Origin: Dehalococcoidia bacterium | GTDB lineage: Bacteria; Chloroflexota; Dehalococcoidia; SZUA-161; SpSt-899 | Assembly (NCBI GenBank): GCA_041300025.1 | Contig: JBGLNL010000001.1 | Span: 1,211,576 to 1,275,575 of the forward strand | DNA length: 64,000 nucleotides | Reading direction: 5' to 3' | Shown: positions 1 to 10,356 of the stretch, piece after piece | Numbering within the stretch: the stretch's first letter is position 1 | Layout: every line of letters begins with the position of its first letter | Notes under the pieces: generated by a model | Told to the model about the DNA's origin: nothing | The model's database searches: none | What the model saw: the letters and a program-made list of their open reading frames with translations, nothing else | Made by a program: the position numbers and the translations under genes

Positions 1-1358
1 ATGCCTCAGGGGTGGCAAAGGCAATGGCCAGGGGAGCCCTCATGGGTGCCCGTGGTAATAGTGGGGTGATCCTTTCCCAGATACTCCGGGGGCTGGCTCA
101 GGGACTGGAAGGAAAGAAATCGTTTTCCTCGCTGGATATAGCCGATGCCCTTCTTCAGGCATCGATCATGGCCGATAAGGCGGTCAGCCAGCCAACCGAA
201 GGAACCATCCTCACCGTCATGCGCGAGGCAGCTTTAGCGGCAAAAGAAGCATCTTCTACTGAGAGTGATAACCTCGAGAGAATAATCGAAGCGGTGGTCA
301 GCGAAGCCCGGGCGTCTGTAGAGAGAACGCCGGATTTGCTGCCCGTGCTGCGAGAATCGGGGGTGGTGGATGCAGGTGGGCAGGGGCTTTACATAATTCT
401 GGAAGGTTTACTGGCTTACCTGCAGGGTAAAGAAATAGCAGAGGCAGGTACCCCATCTGCCGAGTTCGAGGTAAGTACCGCCATTCCCGAAGCGGGAAAA
501 GAGCATATGCGGTATGGATATTGCACCGAATTTCTCCTTCAGGGAACTGCGCTCGATCTGGAAGCGATGAGAGCCAGAATCAGTGAGCTGGGAGAACATG
601 TGCTGGTGGTTGGCGACGAGCGAACTGCGAGAGTACATGTGCACACATTCGATCCGGGGGCGGTTCTGTCTTACGGGGCTGCCCTGGGCACTCTGCATAA
701 GATCAAGATCGATAACATGGAAGAACAACATCGAGAATTTATCGTCAGTCATTCTGAAGAACTACCGCAACCTGAGGGGAATATCTCCACGGTCACGGTT
801 GCTTCCGGGGATGGCCTGATCGAAGTGTTCAAAAGCCTCGGGGCAACATACGTGGTTCCCGGCGGCGAGACCATGAATCCCAGTATTGAGGAACTGCTTA
901 AAGCGGTGGAAAAGGTTCCCGCTGATGAAGTGATCATCCTGCCCAACGATCCCAATATTATGCCTTCTGCTCAAAAAGTATGCGAAATATCGGAAAAGAA
1001 AGTGGCTGTCGTGCCAAGCAGGACCATAATGCAGGGAATCACTGCTTTGGTGGCTTTCAATTTTGAAGATAGTTTTGAAGCTAATTTAAAAACAATGACC
1101 CATGATATGGCGAACGTTCGCACCGGGCGTATTGCCACCGCCGTTCGCTCCATGCGATACAACGATCTGCAGGTAATCGAAGGCCAGATAATCGGCTTTG
1201 CGGATGATGAGCTTGCAGTAGCTGCAAATACCAGTTTTCTGGCTCCGATCTCGGAGCCATCTGCAAGCCGGATACCGGTGGCGGAACCATTCTCGATGAT
1301 GACCTTTTCGACTTCGGCATGTGTGAAGATTTTGCATCCCATCTGTACCAGTATCTGA
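1..1358 (+). CDS. DAK2-domain fusion protein YloV-like. The 5' end lies outside the window and the 3' end is disrupted. The last ~40 codons of the ORF are antisense of the neighbouring desaturase fragment. The real homology ends near 1240.
   Basis: N-terminal GARGNSGVILSQ Dak2/DhaL motif. A long ORF with coding-like composition. The C-terminal peptide FSMMTFSTSA is the reverse-frame reading of AEVEKVIIEN from the minus-strand desaturase. Confidence 0.55.
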   Translation, partial: ASGVAKAMARGALMGARGNSGVILSQILRGLAQGLEGKKSFSSLDIADALLQASIMADKAVSQPTEGTILTVMREAALAAKEASSTESDNLERIIEAVVSEARASVERTPDLLPVLRESGVVDAGGQGLYIILEGLLAYLQGKEIAEAGTPSAEFEVSTAIPEAGKEHMRYGYCTEFLLQGTALDLEAMRARISELGEHVLVVGDERTARVHVHTFDPGAVLSYGAALGTLHKIKIDNMEEQHREFIVSHSEELPQPEGNISTVTVASGDGLIEVFKSLGATYVVPGGETMNPSIEELLKAVEKVPADEVIILPNDPNIMPSAQKVCEISEKKVAVVPSRTIMQGITALVAFNFEDSFEANLKTMTHDMANVRTGRIATAVRSMRYNDLQVIEGQIIGFADDELAVAANTSFLAPISEPSASRIPVAEPFSMMTFSTSACVKILHPICTSI

Positions 1359-2119
1359 TGGGCGGCGTGGGCTATCTGATGAGTGCCGCCCTTGTTGAAT
1401 CCCAGCACCGGAAGCTGTGCTCCCAGAGCTACGGTCTCCATCCCCATTCCGGGATCATTAACATCGGTCGCTGCCGAGACGACGAACCGCGCATGGCAAT
1501 ATTGCAACTCTTCACTTTCCCACATCTCGCGTATCTGACGCAGCGGAGAGGATTTAAGCGTCAGCGAATCGGGAACCATGTCCGCTTCGAGAAGCTTGTT
1601 GAAAACGCCCATTTGCCGCTCTATAATTGCCGGGTCGAGGAAATGCTCCGGAGGATAGAAGAATTGATCGACCATTACTCGATACACTTCGTCACTGTGA
1701 AATGTGTTGTACAGCTTGAGCCAGTGTTCGGCGTCTCTTTGCGAAAAACGAGCGATCTCTTTGGCGGTGCGTTCCTGGGTTGGATCATGCTTGATGCTGT
1801 AAATGGCAAGGCAGGTATCGTTATCGGCAAAGGCAGCCCCATCGGAGCACAGATATTGTTCCCACTGGGCGCCGTAATCCCGGAATTCGGGAAAGTCTCG
1901 ATAGATGGGAGCATAGTACAATGGCATAATGATATTGGCATGGGTATTTCCCCGGAAGCCGGGAGCCGAAATTTCCTCGGTAGCCAGGCATCCGCCGATC
2001 TCGTGCCGCCTCTCAAATATACCCACGCTCATGCCGCCGTATTTGATTAAATGCATGGCAAGAAACAGGGCTTTGGTTCCTCCGCCGATAATTACCGCAT
2101 CAAAGGTTTTGTCAGGCAT
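971..2119 (-). pseudogene. FAD-dependent oxidoreductase of the CrtI/phytoene-desaturase-like family (COG1233), paralog copy 1. It is 3'-truncated: only the N-terminal ~298 codons are homologous.
   Basis: FDAVIIGGGTKALFLA Rossmann motif. About 85 percent amino-acid identity to the first 300 residues of the 2151..3884 gene. It then diverges into antisense of the yloV-like gene. Confidence 0.6.
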
Positions 2120-2150
2120 ATTTAATCCTCATTTCCGTGAGAGAAAAGTT

Positions 2151-3884
2151 TTATTCGACGGTTACCTTTAGCGAATCTTGAGTTCTTTTGATAACCTTCC
2201 TGACTTCAGCGACCAGAGATTCTGTTTCATCATTGCCCAATTTTTGCCAGGGACCTTCCAACCCCATATCCGCGGCAATCACTTTGTAGCAGTTGTACGC
2301 CTCCGCAGATCCGGCATTTCCACCCGGAGGCCAGGCGGAGCCGGTGGCATAGAATTTTTTCACTGGAGTGCGGTAATTGGCTAGTTCGGGAATGGGCCGG
2401 TTCTCCGCAAGCTGAAAAACAGAACGGTCGAGCGTTCCGGTGTTCCCGTGAGGCGCGAGATTCTTCATGCGCAGATTGTCGTACGGGCTGTTGCTGTCAA
2501 CACCTATCAGGTTGTCCGGGGTCATGTTAGGAGCATACTGTTGCCACACCGTCATCATGTCTTCGATATATCGTTTTTTAATTTCCAGCCACTCCGCTTC
2601 AGTGTGCGCGCTGGCGGGCGGTGCCTGCATCTCATTCTGGGCCACATGCATACCGGGTGGCGCAAAGGCCGGGTCAGCGAGGCTGTTACAACATACCACA
2701 GGGCTGAAATCTTCTAACGGCGGGAACCTGCCCAGATTCATCCATCGGCACTCGTTGGCGATATGCTCTGGCCCGGCATCCGCGCCCAGTCCCAGCCAGA
2801 ACGTCTCGTGGATATCAGGATTAAAGGCCTCTGCCTTGTACTTTGGCGCTTCATGGAGAGCAAAACTGCACCACATCAGACACGAAATGTGCCGGGCGGA
2901 AAGAAGCTCGATACGGCGCACGACTTTTCCGGTGAAGTGCTCCCGACCGATCATGTCGAAGACAATCTGCTGCGGGCTAAGCCCGGCAGATACCACCAGT
3001 TTCCGCGCACCAATCTGGGAACCATCGGTGAGGCGAATGCCGGCGGCCGTTCCGTTTTCGATGATGACTTTTTCAACTTCCGCATGAGTGAAGAAACTGC
3101 ATCCCAACCGGACCAGAATTTGATGCGCCGCATGGGCGACCTGATGGGTCCCGCCTTTGTTGAAACCCAGCACAGGAAGCTGGGACCCGATGGCAACCGC
3201 CTCCATGCCCATTCCCGGGTCATTTACATCTGTGGCTGATGTGACCACGAACCGGGCGTGGCAGTACTGTAATTCCCGGCTGTCCCACATCTCGCGAATT
3301 TGGCGGAGCGGCGATGACTTCAGTGTGAGCGAATCGGGGACAACGTCTGCCTCCACCAGTTTTCCGAAGACGCTCATCTGCCGTTCAATGATACCGGGGT
3401 CGAGGAACCGTTCGGGCGGATGGTAAAACTGATCGATCATGACTCGATAGAATTCATCACTATGGAATGCGTTATAGAACCTGATCCACTTTTCAGCGTC
3501 CTTTCCTGAGTATCGGGCGATCTCTCTGGCGGTGCGTTCCTGGGTTGGGTCATACTTGGCGCTGTAGATGGCAAGGCACGTATCGTTGTTGGCAAAGCAG
3601 GCGCCGTCGGAACAGAGGTACTGATCCCATTGCGCGCCATAATCCCAGAATTCAGGGAAGTCTCGATAGATGGGGGCATAGAACAATGGCATTATGATAT
3701 TGGCATGGGTGTTCCCCCGGAAGCCGGGAGCCGAAGTTTCCTCAGTGGACAGGCACCCGCCGATCTCGTGCCGCCTTTCAAATAGGCCCACGCTCATGCC
3801 GCCGTATTTGATTAAATACATGGCCAGAAACAGGGCCTTGTTCCCGCCCCCAATAATTACTGCATCAAATGTTTCGTCAGGCAT
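2151..3884 (-). CDS. FAD-dependent oxidoreductase, CrtI/phytoene-desaturase-like family, full length 577 aa
   Basis: N-terminal GxGxxG dinucleotide-binding motif (DAVIIGGGNKALFLA). Length and C-terminal region are typical of COG1233. Confidence 0.85.
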   Translation of the reverse strand: MPDETFDAVIIGGGNKALFLAMYLIKYGGMSVGLFERRHEIGGCLSTEETSAPGFRGNTHANIIMPLFYAPIYRDFPEFWDYGAQWDQYLCSDGACFANNDTCLAIYSAKYDPTQERTAREIARYSGKDAEKWIRFYNAFHSDEFYRVMIDQFYHPPERFLDPGIIERQMSVFGKLVEADVVPDSLTLKSSPLRQIREMWDSRELQYCHARFVVTSATDVNDPGMGMEAVAIGSQLPVLGFNKGGTHQVAHAAHQILVRLGCSFFTHAEVEKVIIENGTAAGIRLTDGSQIGARKLVVSAGLSPQQIVFDMIGREHFTGKVVRRIELLSARHISCLMWCSFALHEAPKYKAEAFNPDIHETFWLGLGADAGPEHIANECRWMNLGRFPPLEDFSPVVCCNSLADPAFAPPGMHVAQNEMQAPPASAHTEAEWLEIKKRYIEDMMTVWQQYAPNMTPDNLIGVDSNSPYDNLRMKNLAPHGNTGTLDRSVFQLAENRPIPELANYRTPVKKFYATGSAWPPGGNAGSAEAYNCYKVIAADMGLEGPWQKLGNDETESLVAEVRKVIKRTQDSLKVTVE

Positions 3885-3916
3885 GGAAGCCCCCTTATTC
3901 TGAGGAATTGTTTCTA

Positions 3917-4390
3917 TTAAATCTCAATGGTTTCGTACTGATTGAAACCGTATGCCTTGTAATCGAGATAAGAGATGATTTTGGGCGTTATCTTGTAAAA
4001 AGGTACCGGGCCCACCCTTTGAGCCCATTCCAGCATATCGGTGTATTCCAACATCCAGGGGAATTTCTCCAGAAAAAGCTGGCCTGCCCTGGCAATTTCA
4101 GCCTCGTCAGTTACAATCTCTGCCTTCCCGGACAGTTGAACGGCCTTGGTGTTGTTGAAGCGGTAGTAATCCTTGAATGAAGCCAGGCTTACATTGGGGT
4201 TCTTATCCACGTTGATCTTCTTCTGGCTCTGAGGATCCATGGCAAAATAGATAGTCAAACCGTCATTGACATAGCTGATGCCGCTGGCTTGTGGTGTGCC
4301 GTCTGCGCGCACAGTAGCCAGGGTGCCGCCGTAGTGCTTCTTCATAAACTGGATAATGATTTCCTTCAGCTCCTCTTTGCTTGTTTTCAT
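3917..4390 (-). CDS. pyridoxamine 5'-phosphate oxidase-like FMN-binding split-barrel protein
   Basis: 157-aa ORF. The GGTLATVRADGTPQASGISYV motif is typical of the PNPOx-like/NimA family. Confidence 0.55.
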   Translation of the reverse strand: MKTSKEELKEIIIQFMKKHYGGTLATVRADGTPQASGISYVNDGLTIYFAMDPQSQKKINVDKNPNVSLASFKDYYRFNNTKAVQLSGKAEIVTDEAEIARAGQLFLEKFPWMLEYTDMLEWAQRVGPVPFYKITPKIISYLDYKAYGFNQYETIEI

Positions 4391-4488
4391 GATCGCTCCT
4401 TTGGAAATTTTATTTCAATGGGGCTCTCTTGTTTCGAGTTACCCCTGTTGAGCCGGAAAAATAGTTTGGTATTAAAACTATATTTGAA

Positions 4489-4965
4489 CTACTTGTCCTC
4501 TTTCATTTTTGTATCAACAAAAGCTTCCAGTTTGGCCAGTATTTCGTTCACTATAACCCATTCACCAAAGCTGATCTCCCGAGCGTAATGCGAGACATAT
4601 TCTCTGGCATAGTTCTCGTAACCGCTGGCGGCTTTTTCCCCTTTATCAGTGAGGTTGAGCTTTGCCTTTCTTCCATCCTGATTTGACTTTGTCTTTGTGA
4701 GATAGCTTCTTTCCACCAGACGATTGACCACCGGAGAGATAGTCCCTTTAGTGAGCCCCAGTTGCTGAGAAAGCTCTGTTACAGTGGTACCCGGATAATT
4801 GCCTACCGTATGGATGATCTGGATATCCGCCAGTGGCAGGCGTTCTCCGGTGCCGAATTCGCTCGGAGTTTGGCTCATTCGGGCAATCTTATTAATAAGC
4901 CGCTGGAAGCGCGCTGCGGTGTGGAACCGCACGACCTCATTTTCTTCAGGCGATTGACCAAACAT
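4489..4965 (-). CDS. MarR-family transcriptional regulator
   Basis: Winged-helix region TVTELSQQLGLTKGTISPVVNRLVERSYL. Length ~150 aa. Confidence 0.75.
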   Translation of the reverse strand: MFGQSPEENEVVRFHTAARFQRLINKIARMSQTPSEFGTGERLPLADIQIIHTVGNYPGTTVTELSQQLGLTKGTISPVVNRLVERSYLTKTKSNQDGRKAKLNLTDKGEKAASGYENYAREYVSHYAREISFGEWVIVNEILAKLEAFVDTKMKEDK

Positions 4966-5176
4966 GATGGTGAAAATGATAAGGTAACCAAACTATTTTG
5001 TCAAGGGGGATAGAACCATGTTTGGGAGAAATATCTGTCTTAAGGTGTAATACCTTTATCGAATGTTGAATTGAGAGCACGTGTAAACCTCCCCTTTTAG
5101 TACCAGTCTAAATTAGAGGTTCTCAAGCCCATTACCCCGAGCGTTAGCTTCACTTTGTGAATATTCTTGCTTCCCC

Positions 5177-5205
5177 TTGAATTTGTTCCTGAAATGATGT
5201 ATGAT
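5177..5205 (+). promoter_or_regulatory. sigma70-type promoter for vapB (TTGAAT-17-TATGAT)
   Basis: -35 TTGAAT at 5177-5182. 17-nt spacer. -10 TATGAT at 5200-5205. About 35 nt upstream of the RBS and ATG at 5239. Confidence 0.5.
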
Positions 5206-5238
5206 CTTACCAGTAAGATATAATCTCAGGAGATTAAT

Positions 5239-5505
5239 ATGGCTACTAGCACTGCAACAACAAAAATGTCTTCTAAAGGTCAGATCGTTATCCCTGAAGA
5301 AGTACGAAAGAAACTCGGACTGAAAACAGGTGACAAGTTTTATGTAATGGGTGAAAATGATGTCGTTGTTCTCAAAACGATATCTTCTCCGTCCATGGAT
5401 CAGTTTACTAGCCTGATTAAACAAGCACGTAAACAATCCAGGAGTGCTGGAATAAAGCCATCTGATATTCAGAACGCCATAACCGACGTTCGGAAACGCA
5501 AGTGA
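5239..5505 (+). CDS. vapB: AbrB/SpoVT-domain antitoxin (VapB-like)
   Basis: SKGQIVIPEEVRKKLGLKTGDKF swapped-hairpin AbrB motif. 4-nt overlap with the downstream PIN gene. Confidence 0.7.
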   Translation: MATSTATTKMSSKGQIVIPEEVRKKLGLKTGDKFYVMGENDVVVLKTISSPSMDQFTSLIKQARKQSRSAGIKPSDIQNAITDVRKRK

Positions 5506-5906
5506 AAATCATACTTGATACCAATGTTGTTATTTCAGGGATATTCTTTACTGGACCGCCCTTTGAAATATTAAGTGCATGGCAACAAGGCAAAGTAAAG
5601 ATAGTAATGTCACCAGATATACTCGATGAATATTACCGGGTATCCGATGAACTCCAGGAAAGGTTTCCTGAGATTGATGCTGAACCATTGCTTACTTTAA
5701 TAGCCAGCAACTGTGAAATGATTGAGAATACATCTCTTCCCTTTCCTGTTTGTGAAGACCCAGACGATGATAAATTTATTGCATGTGCAGTTTCTGGTAA
5801 TGCACAATGCATTGTCAGTGGGGACAAGCATTTATTGACTGTGGGTACCTATGAGAATATATCAATAGTAAATCCCAGTACATTCCTAAAAAAGTATCTG
5901 AATTAA
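5502..5906 (+). CDS. vapC: PIN-domain toxin VapC
   Basis: MKIILDTNVVI N-terminus with conserved acidic residues. 134 aa. Coupled to the AbrB antitoxin. Confidence 0.8.
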   Translation: MKIILDTNVVISGIFFTGPPFEILSAWQQGKVKIVMSPDILDEYYRVSDELQERFPEIDAEPLLTLIASNCEMIENTSLPFPVCEDPDDDKFIACAVSGNAQCIVSGDKHLLTVGTYENISIVNPSTFLKKYLN

Positions 5907-5915
5907 GGGGACACC

Positions 5916-6125
5916 CTACTTAATTTTACGTTTGTTTCTTCGTTTCTTCCTTGGGCCTTTGGGACCAGTCTTTTGCTTTGTCAAATCCCGATTGAGTAGG
6001 GTACCACAACTTTCGATGAATTCCCTTGTTCCCAGCGGTCGACCGGTATGTTCATGTTTTTGAAAGATTTCGCCCTCCACGGGATCTTCCTTTAGAAATT
6101 CCCTCCAGTTATCGATAATATTACT
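5916..6125 (-). pseudogene. possible C-terminal remnant of a transposase or mobile-element protein; identity uncertain
   Basis: The ORF tail HTGRPLGTREFIESCGTLLNRDLTKQKTGPKGPRKKRRNKRKIK resembles the basic C-terminal tails of some transposase families. The upstream part of the ORF overlaps the luxR-like gene. Confidence 0.25.
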
Positions 6126-6141
6126 CAAAGGGCTATCTGCA

Positions 6142-6663
6142 ATGAATTCATCTTTCCTTTCCCCCAAGGACCGCAAGAGGGCAGAGGAATTGCTGCAGAG
6201 GCATCGGGAAAGGCTGGAAAATGTGATAAAAGAGCGCACTTCCAGCCTTGAGGAAGCGAACACCGCCCTGCGGGTCATGCTGAAAACAGGGGATCAGGTC
6301 AAGAATGAAGTTGAAAAAAATGTATTGTTCAATGTGAAAAGATTCGCCCTTCCCTATCTGGAGGAACTGAGAAAAAGTGAACTGAACAGCAGGCAGAGAT
6401 CGTACCTTGATCTGCTTCAGCAGAGTCTGGATAAGGTGACCGAGCCTTTCCTGCACGGGGTATCCACCCAGTTTCTTACCCTTACTCCCACCGAGGTAAT
6501 GGTAATGGACATTATAAAGGAAGGCAAAACCACCAAGGAAATCTCCGGATTGATGAACATGTCCATTCGCACGGTTGAAACTCATCGATATAACATCCGC
6601 AACAAACTCGGCTTGAAGGATCGAAGCGTCAATCTGCGGACTTACCTTTCCTCCATAGAGTGA
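6142..6663 (+). CDS. LuxR-family transcriptional regulator with coiled-coil N-terminus and C-terminal HTH
   Basis: C-terminal TPTEVMVMDIIKEGKTTKEISGLMNMSIRTVETHRYNIRNKLG matches the LuxR/GerE HTH. Confidence 0.7.
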   Translation: MNSSFLSPKDRKRAEELLQRHRERLENVIKERTSSLEEANTALRVMLKTGDQVKNEVEKNVLFNVKRFALPYLEELRKSELNSRQRSYLDLLQQSLDKVTEPFLHGVSTQFLTLTPTEVMVMDIIKEGKTTKEISGLMNMSIRTVETHRYNIRNKLGLKDRSVNLRTYLSSIE

Positions 6664-6820
6664 TACTTAGAACGCCTAAGTAATAACTAGCAATCAATCC
6701 AGTATTGCACCATCTCTATTTTCATGCTAGAATTACTTCGCATTCTCGAAATAAATTCCTGTTGCCCCCGACCATACGTAGCAGGATTACGAGGATGAAT
6801 TTGAGCGAAAGGAGGCATTT

Positions 6821-8554
6821 ATGGCCAAGGAAGAAACATTTGATGTAGTGATAATTGGCGCGGGCCATAATGGAACCACCACAGCAGCTTATCTGGCCAA
6901 AAGCGGGCTGAGTGTCCTGGTGCTGGAAGAGCGGCCGGAAGGAGGCGGGGCACAGGAAACCTGTGAACCCATCGCCGGAGTTCGCATCCAGCCACATGCC
7001 ATCGGGAATTATGGCGGTTCTGCGCCGGGATGGGAACAGCTGCAGTTGTGGCGATATGGATTCCGCATGGACTATAATCCTCGCGAGCCGGTGCAGTTCG
7101 ATATAGAACGCGGACCGATGGCCCGTCATGGAATCGTCAAGGTCTCTCAAGAGGATATGATGGGATGGGCCAAGATCGTCGGCCTTACCACCGATCCGCC
7201 ATTCTATCGGGACTTACTGAGGGCGACCTTCTGGACCCCGCCGCATCCAAGTTACGTCGAACTGGACGAAAACACCATTCCATACATGCAGGTATATCGG
7301 GATCACCTGCCGGAACTCTGGACCAAAGAGATGCTGGAATGGACCATGTTCGATATCATGGAGCAGTATATCAAGAGTGAGCCCTTCATGATCCACCAGG
7401 CCTATATTGCCAACGTTTCCGGTGCGTTTGCCCACTTCCCCGGCGTCGGTGTCCCGGCCATAGAATGTGTGGCCACCGTTATGCCGCCGGCTGTGGCAGA
7501 CCCGGTTGCGGCACGTGGTAACATGCATGGTTACTATCACGCAATATTCCGCTGTGCCGTTGGCAATGGCGCGATTATTAAAACCTGTTGCCCCGTTGAA
7601 GAGATCATTATTGAACACGGGCGGGCGGTTGGCGTTCGCCTCAGAGATGATGCCACCTGGGGACCAAAACGCGTCAATGCTCGCAAGGCAGTGATCAGCG
7701 CCTGTCATATCAAACCGACATTCCAGAAGCTGATCGGGCCCAAGAACATCGATTCCGGCCTGATGCAGAAAATCAATGACCTCAGCCTGAAGGGCGGCAG
7801 CCTTCACATGACACATTTCCTCACTAAAGAGGACCTTCGTTACAAGCCCCAGTTCAAGTGGCGGAAAGAGGAGCCCCACGAATTCACCGGCGCGTTCTAC
7901 TGCATGGAGAACAAGGAGATATACTGGAAGAACCTGGAATGCGTACTGGGCAGACAGGAAAATCTGGATATTCCTCCGGAAGAATGCATGTGGGGTATGG
8001 TGGCCCATACGAATTACGCCCCCACTCAACCCCAGTCCACACGCCCCGGCGCTTATGTCAACGGTCCGCTGTGGATCATGGTACCTACACCGGAATACAA
8101 CGTCGATGGTCTTGATGCCATGGACAAGACTGCGGCCGATAAGAAAAAATGGGAAGAATACGCCCGCGCCACGCTCTCCTGCATTGTGGAGAACCTGGAT
8201 GACGATAACCTTATTCAAATCTGGAGCGACACCCCCCGCGAGCAGGAATTCCGTAACACGGGCATGCTGGGTGGTTCCTGGTATGGCACCCGATGCGACC
8301 GCGACGAATGGTGGAATCAGAGGCCTTTGCCGGAGATGGCACGTTACCGCGTACCGGATATCGACGGCCTTTACCTGGCACACCAGTCAGCAGCCCACCC
8401 CGGCGGCCTGTGCCTGATGGCAGTCGCCTACAACCTGATGCACATTCTCATAGAGGATGGCGTTGTCGAGCCCGGCCCCTGGTGGTACGCATCACCATGG
8501 TACGTCCCTGAAGAAGGAAAAATTTCCGCCGTGCCCGGTCAGGGGAGAGTCTAA
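6821..8554 (+). CDS. FAD-dependent oxidoreductase, CrtI/phytoene-desaturase-like family
   Basis: [23 protein letters not shown] Rossmann motif. 577 aa. AGGAGG RBS. Confidence 0.85.
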   Translation: MAKEETFDVVIIGAGHNGTTTAAYLAKSGLSVLVLEERPEGGGAQETCEPIAGVRIQPHAIGNYGGSAPGWEQLQLWRYGFRMDYNPREPVQFDIERGPMARHGIVKVSQEDMMGWAKIVGLTTDPPFYRDLLRATFWTPPHPSYVELDENTIPYMQVYRDHLPELWTKEMLEWTMFDIMEQYIKSEPFMIHQAYIANVSGAFAHFPGVGVPAIECVATVMPPAVADPVAARGNMHGYYHAIFRCAVGNGAIIKTCCPVEEIIIEHGRAVGVRLRDDATWGPKRVNARKAVISACHIKPTFQKLIGPKNIDSGLMQKINDLSLKGGSLHMTHFLTKEDLRYKPQFKWRKEEPHEFTGAFYCMENKEIYWKNLECVLGRQENLDIPPEECMWGMVAHTNYAPTQPQSTRPGAYVNGPLWIMVPTPEYNVDGLDAMDKTAADKKKWEEYARATLSCIVENLDDDNLIQIWSDTPREQEFRNTGMLGGSWYGTRCDRDEWWNQRPLPEMARYRVPDIDGLYLAHQSAAHPGGLCLMAVAYNLMHILIEDGVVEPGPWWYASPWYVPEEGKISAVPGQGRV

Positions 8555-8571
8555 AAGGAGGTATGAAAAAA

Positions 8572-10247
8572 TGATGGAATTTAAAGGACAAAAACATCCA
8601 CAAAGCTTCTTTGAAGAATTCCCTGCGGACAGCGAATGGGATGTCGTCATTATCGGGGCTGGCCCAAACGGTCTGATCGCAGCCGCTTATCTGGCCAAAG
8701 CCGGCCTGAAAGTCGCCCTGGTGGAACGCCGCTATGAGATCGGTGGGGGATTGGCTACCGAGGAAATCCTCTATCCCGGCTACTATTCCAGCATGCACGC
8801 CATCTACCACATGATGGTGGATTACATGCCGGTGCTTCGGGACTTCGATTTGGGAAAACATGGCCTCGTCTGGATCAAGCCGAATCTGCAATGCTCGATG
8901 GTTTTCGAGAATGGCGATTCGATCCTCCTGACCCGAATGATCGAGGATACCACCGATTCAATATCCAAGTACTCTTTCAAAGATGCCCAGACCTTCAGCA
9001 AAACAATGGGAAGATGGCGGAAGATCGTTAATGATATTATCGCTCCCATGACCTATATCCCGCCCATGCTGCCAATTGAAATCACTATGGCCCTTCAAAA
9101 AGAAGAAACCGGACGGGAATTGCTGGAACTCGTGGAGCAGAGTCCGCTGGACGTGGTGACCAACCTGTTCGAGAACGACCGCGTGCGCTCGCTTTTGCTG
9201 TATAACATTTGTACGTGGGGACTGGACCCCCGTGAAACCGGTGTGGGCTTGTTCGTGGCACTCTATCTTGACCGAATGATGAACAAGTCCTACTGCCAGG
9301 GCGGCTCGCACAAGATGGCCAATTCACTGGGACGCGAGATCGTCCGCGCCGGCGGCGTCATCCTCGATTCATCCGATGTTATCGATATTCACATGAAGGG
9401 CGGCAAGGTCGCCGGTGTCGAATTGTGGGAGGGCCGTACCCTTCATACCAAATGTGTTATTTCAACACTGGATCCAAGGACTACTTTCCTCGACCTCGTG
9501 GGTGCCGAGAACCTGCCGAGTGATCTGAAAGACTCCATCGAGGGCTGGCATTATGACAAGTGGAGCTTCAACACCCTGCATACCGTCTCCGAGGAAATGC
9601 CGCGATATCTGCCCAAAGACCCGTGGGCCAGCGAGAGCTTCATGACCATATTCGGATTTGAAGGCATGGATGCCATGCTGGAGCATTGGGATAACGTGGT
9701 AGCCGGCAAACTCGATCAAAAATGCCTGGGCGGTCACGCCACCTGCGAGAGCTTCTGGGATACCCATCTCGTTCGGGTTCCCCCTGAGAAAGCACACCGG
9801 CAGGTGTCCTTCTTCCAGCATCATGCCCCGTACAACCTCGAAAAAGGCGGCTGGGATAAAAGGGGACCGGAGATCGAGAATATGATCCTGAAAAAATGGG
9901 CCAAATATGCTCCTAACATGAAAAAGGAGAATATCGTCCAGACTAACCAGGAGACGCCAAAGGATATCGAGATCCGCTTCCCCAACATGCGCTACGGCTC
10001 GATTAAACACGGCGATTACCGACCGGTCCAGCTCGGTTGCTTCCGGCCGAATCAGGATTGCTCGAGCACCAAAACCCCTGTTGAAGGACTGTACGTCGGC
10101 GGCGCATCCGTTTATCCCGGTGGCTGTGTGCTCGGCGGCGGCGGCTATCAGGTAGCAAACAAGGTAATTGAAGACCTTGGCGGTAAAAAGTGGTGGAAAC
10201 CAACCAGAGAAATGGAGCGGTGTATTAAGACTTACCTCGGAGGGTAA
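8572..10247 (+). CDS. FAD-dependent oxidoreductase, CrtI/phytoene-desaturase-like family
   Basis: [23 protein letters not shown] motif. RBS AAAGGAGG followed by ATGATG at 8572. The ORF track's upstream extension overlaps the previous gene. Confidence 0.85.
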
Positions 10248-10271
10248 AAACTTTCACGCTGATACAAGAGA

Positions 10272-10318
10272 CTCCCCTCGTCTCCCTTCACAAAGGGTGA
10301 TTTGAGGGGGGTTTTTTG
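10272..10318 (+). terminator. rho-independent terminator
   Basis: CTCCCCTCG...GAGGGGGG hairpin followed by TTTTTTGTT. Confidence 0.6.
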
Positions 10319-10356
10319 TTATTATCTACTTATCGTTTAAAAATAAGGGGGCAAAG

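Noticed and set aside
1319-2050. 243-aa plus-strand ORF
   Set aside because: Antisense of the CrtI-like gene. The same shadow ORF recurs opposite the paralog at 2467-3239.
7214-8383. 389-aa minus-strand ORF
   Set aside because: It lies entirely antisense to the well-supported FAD oxidoreductase gene 6821-8554, has no motifs and no RBS.
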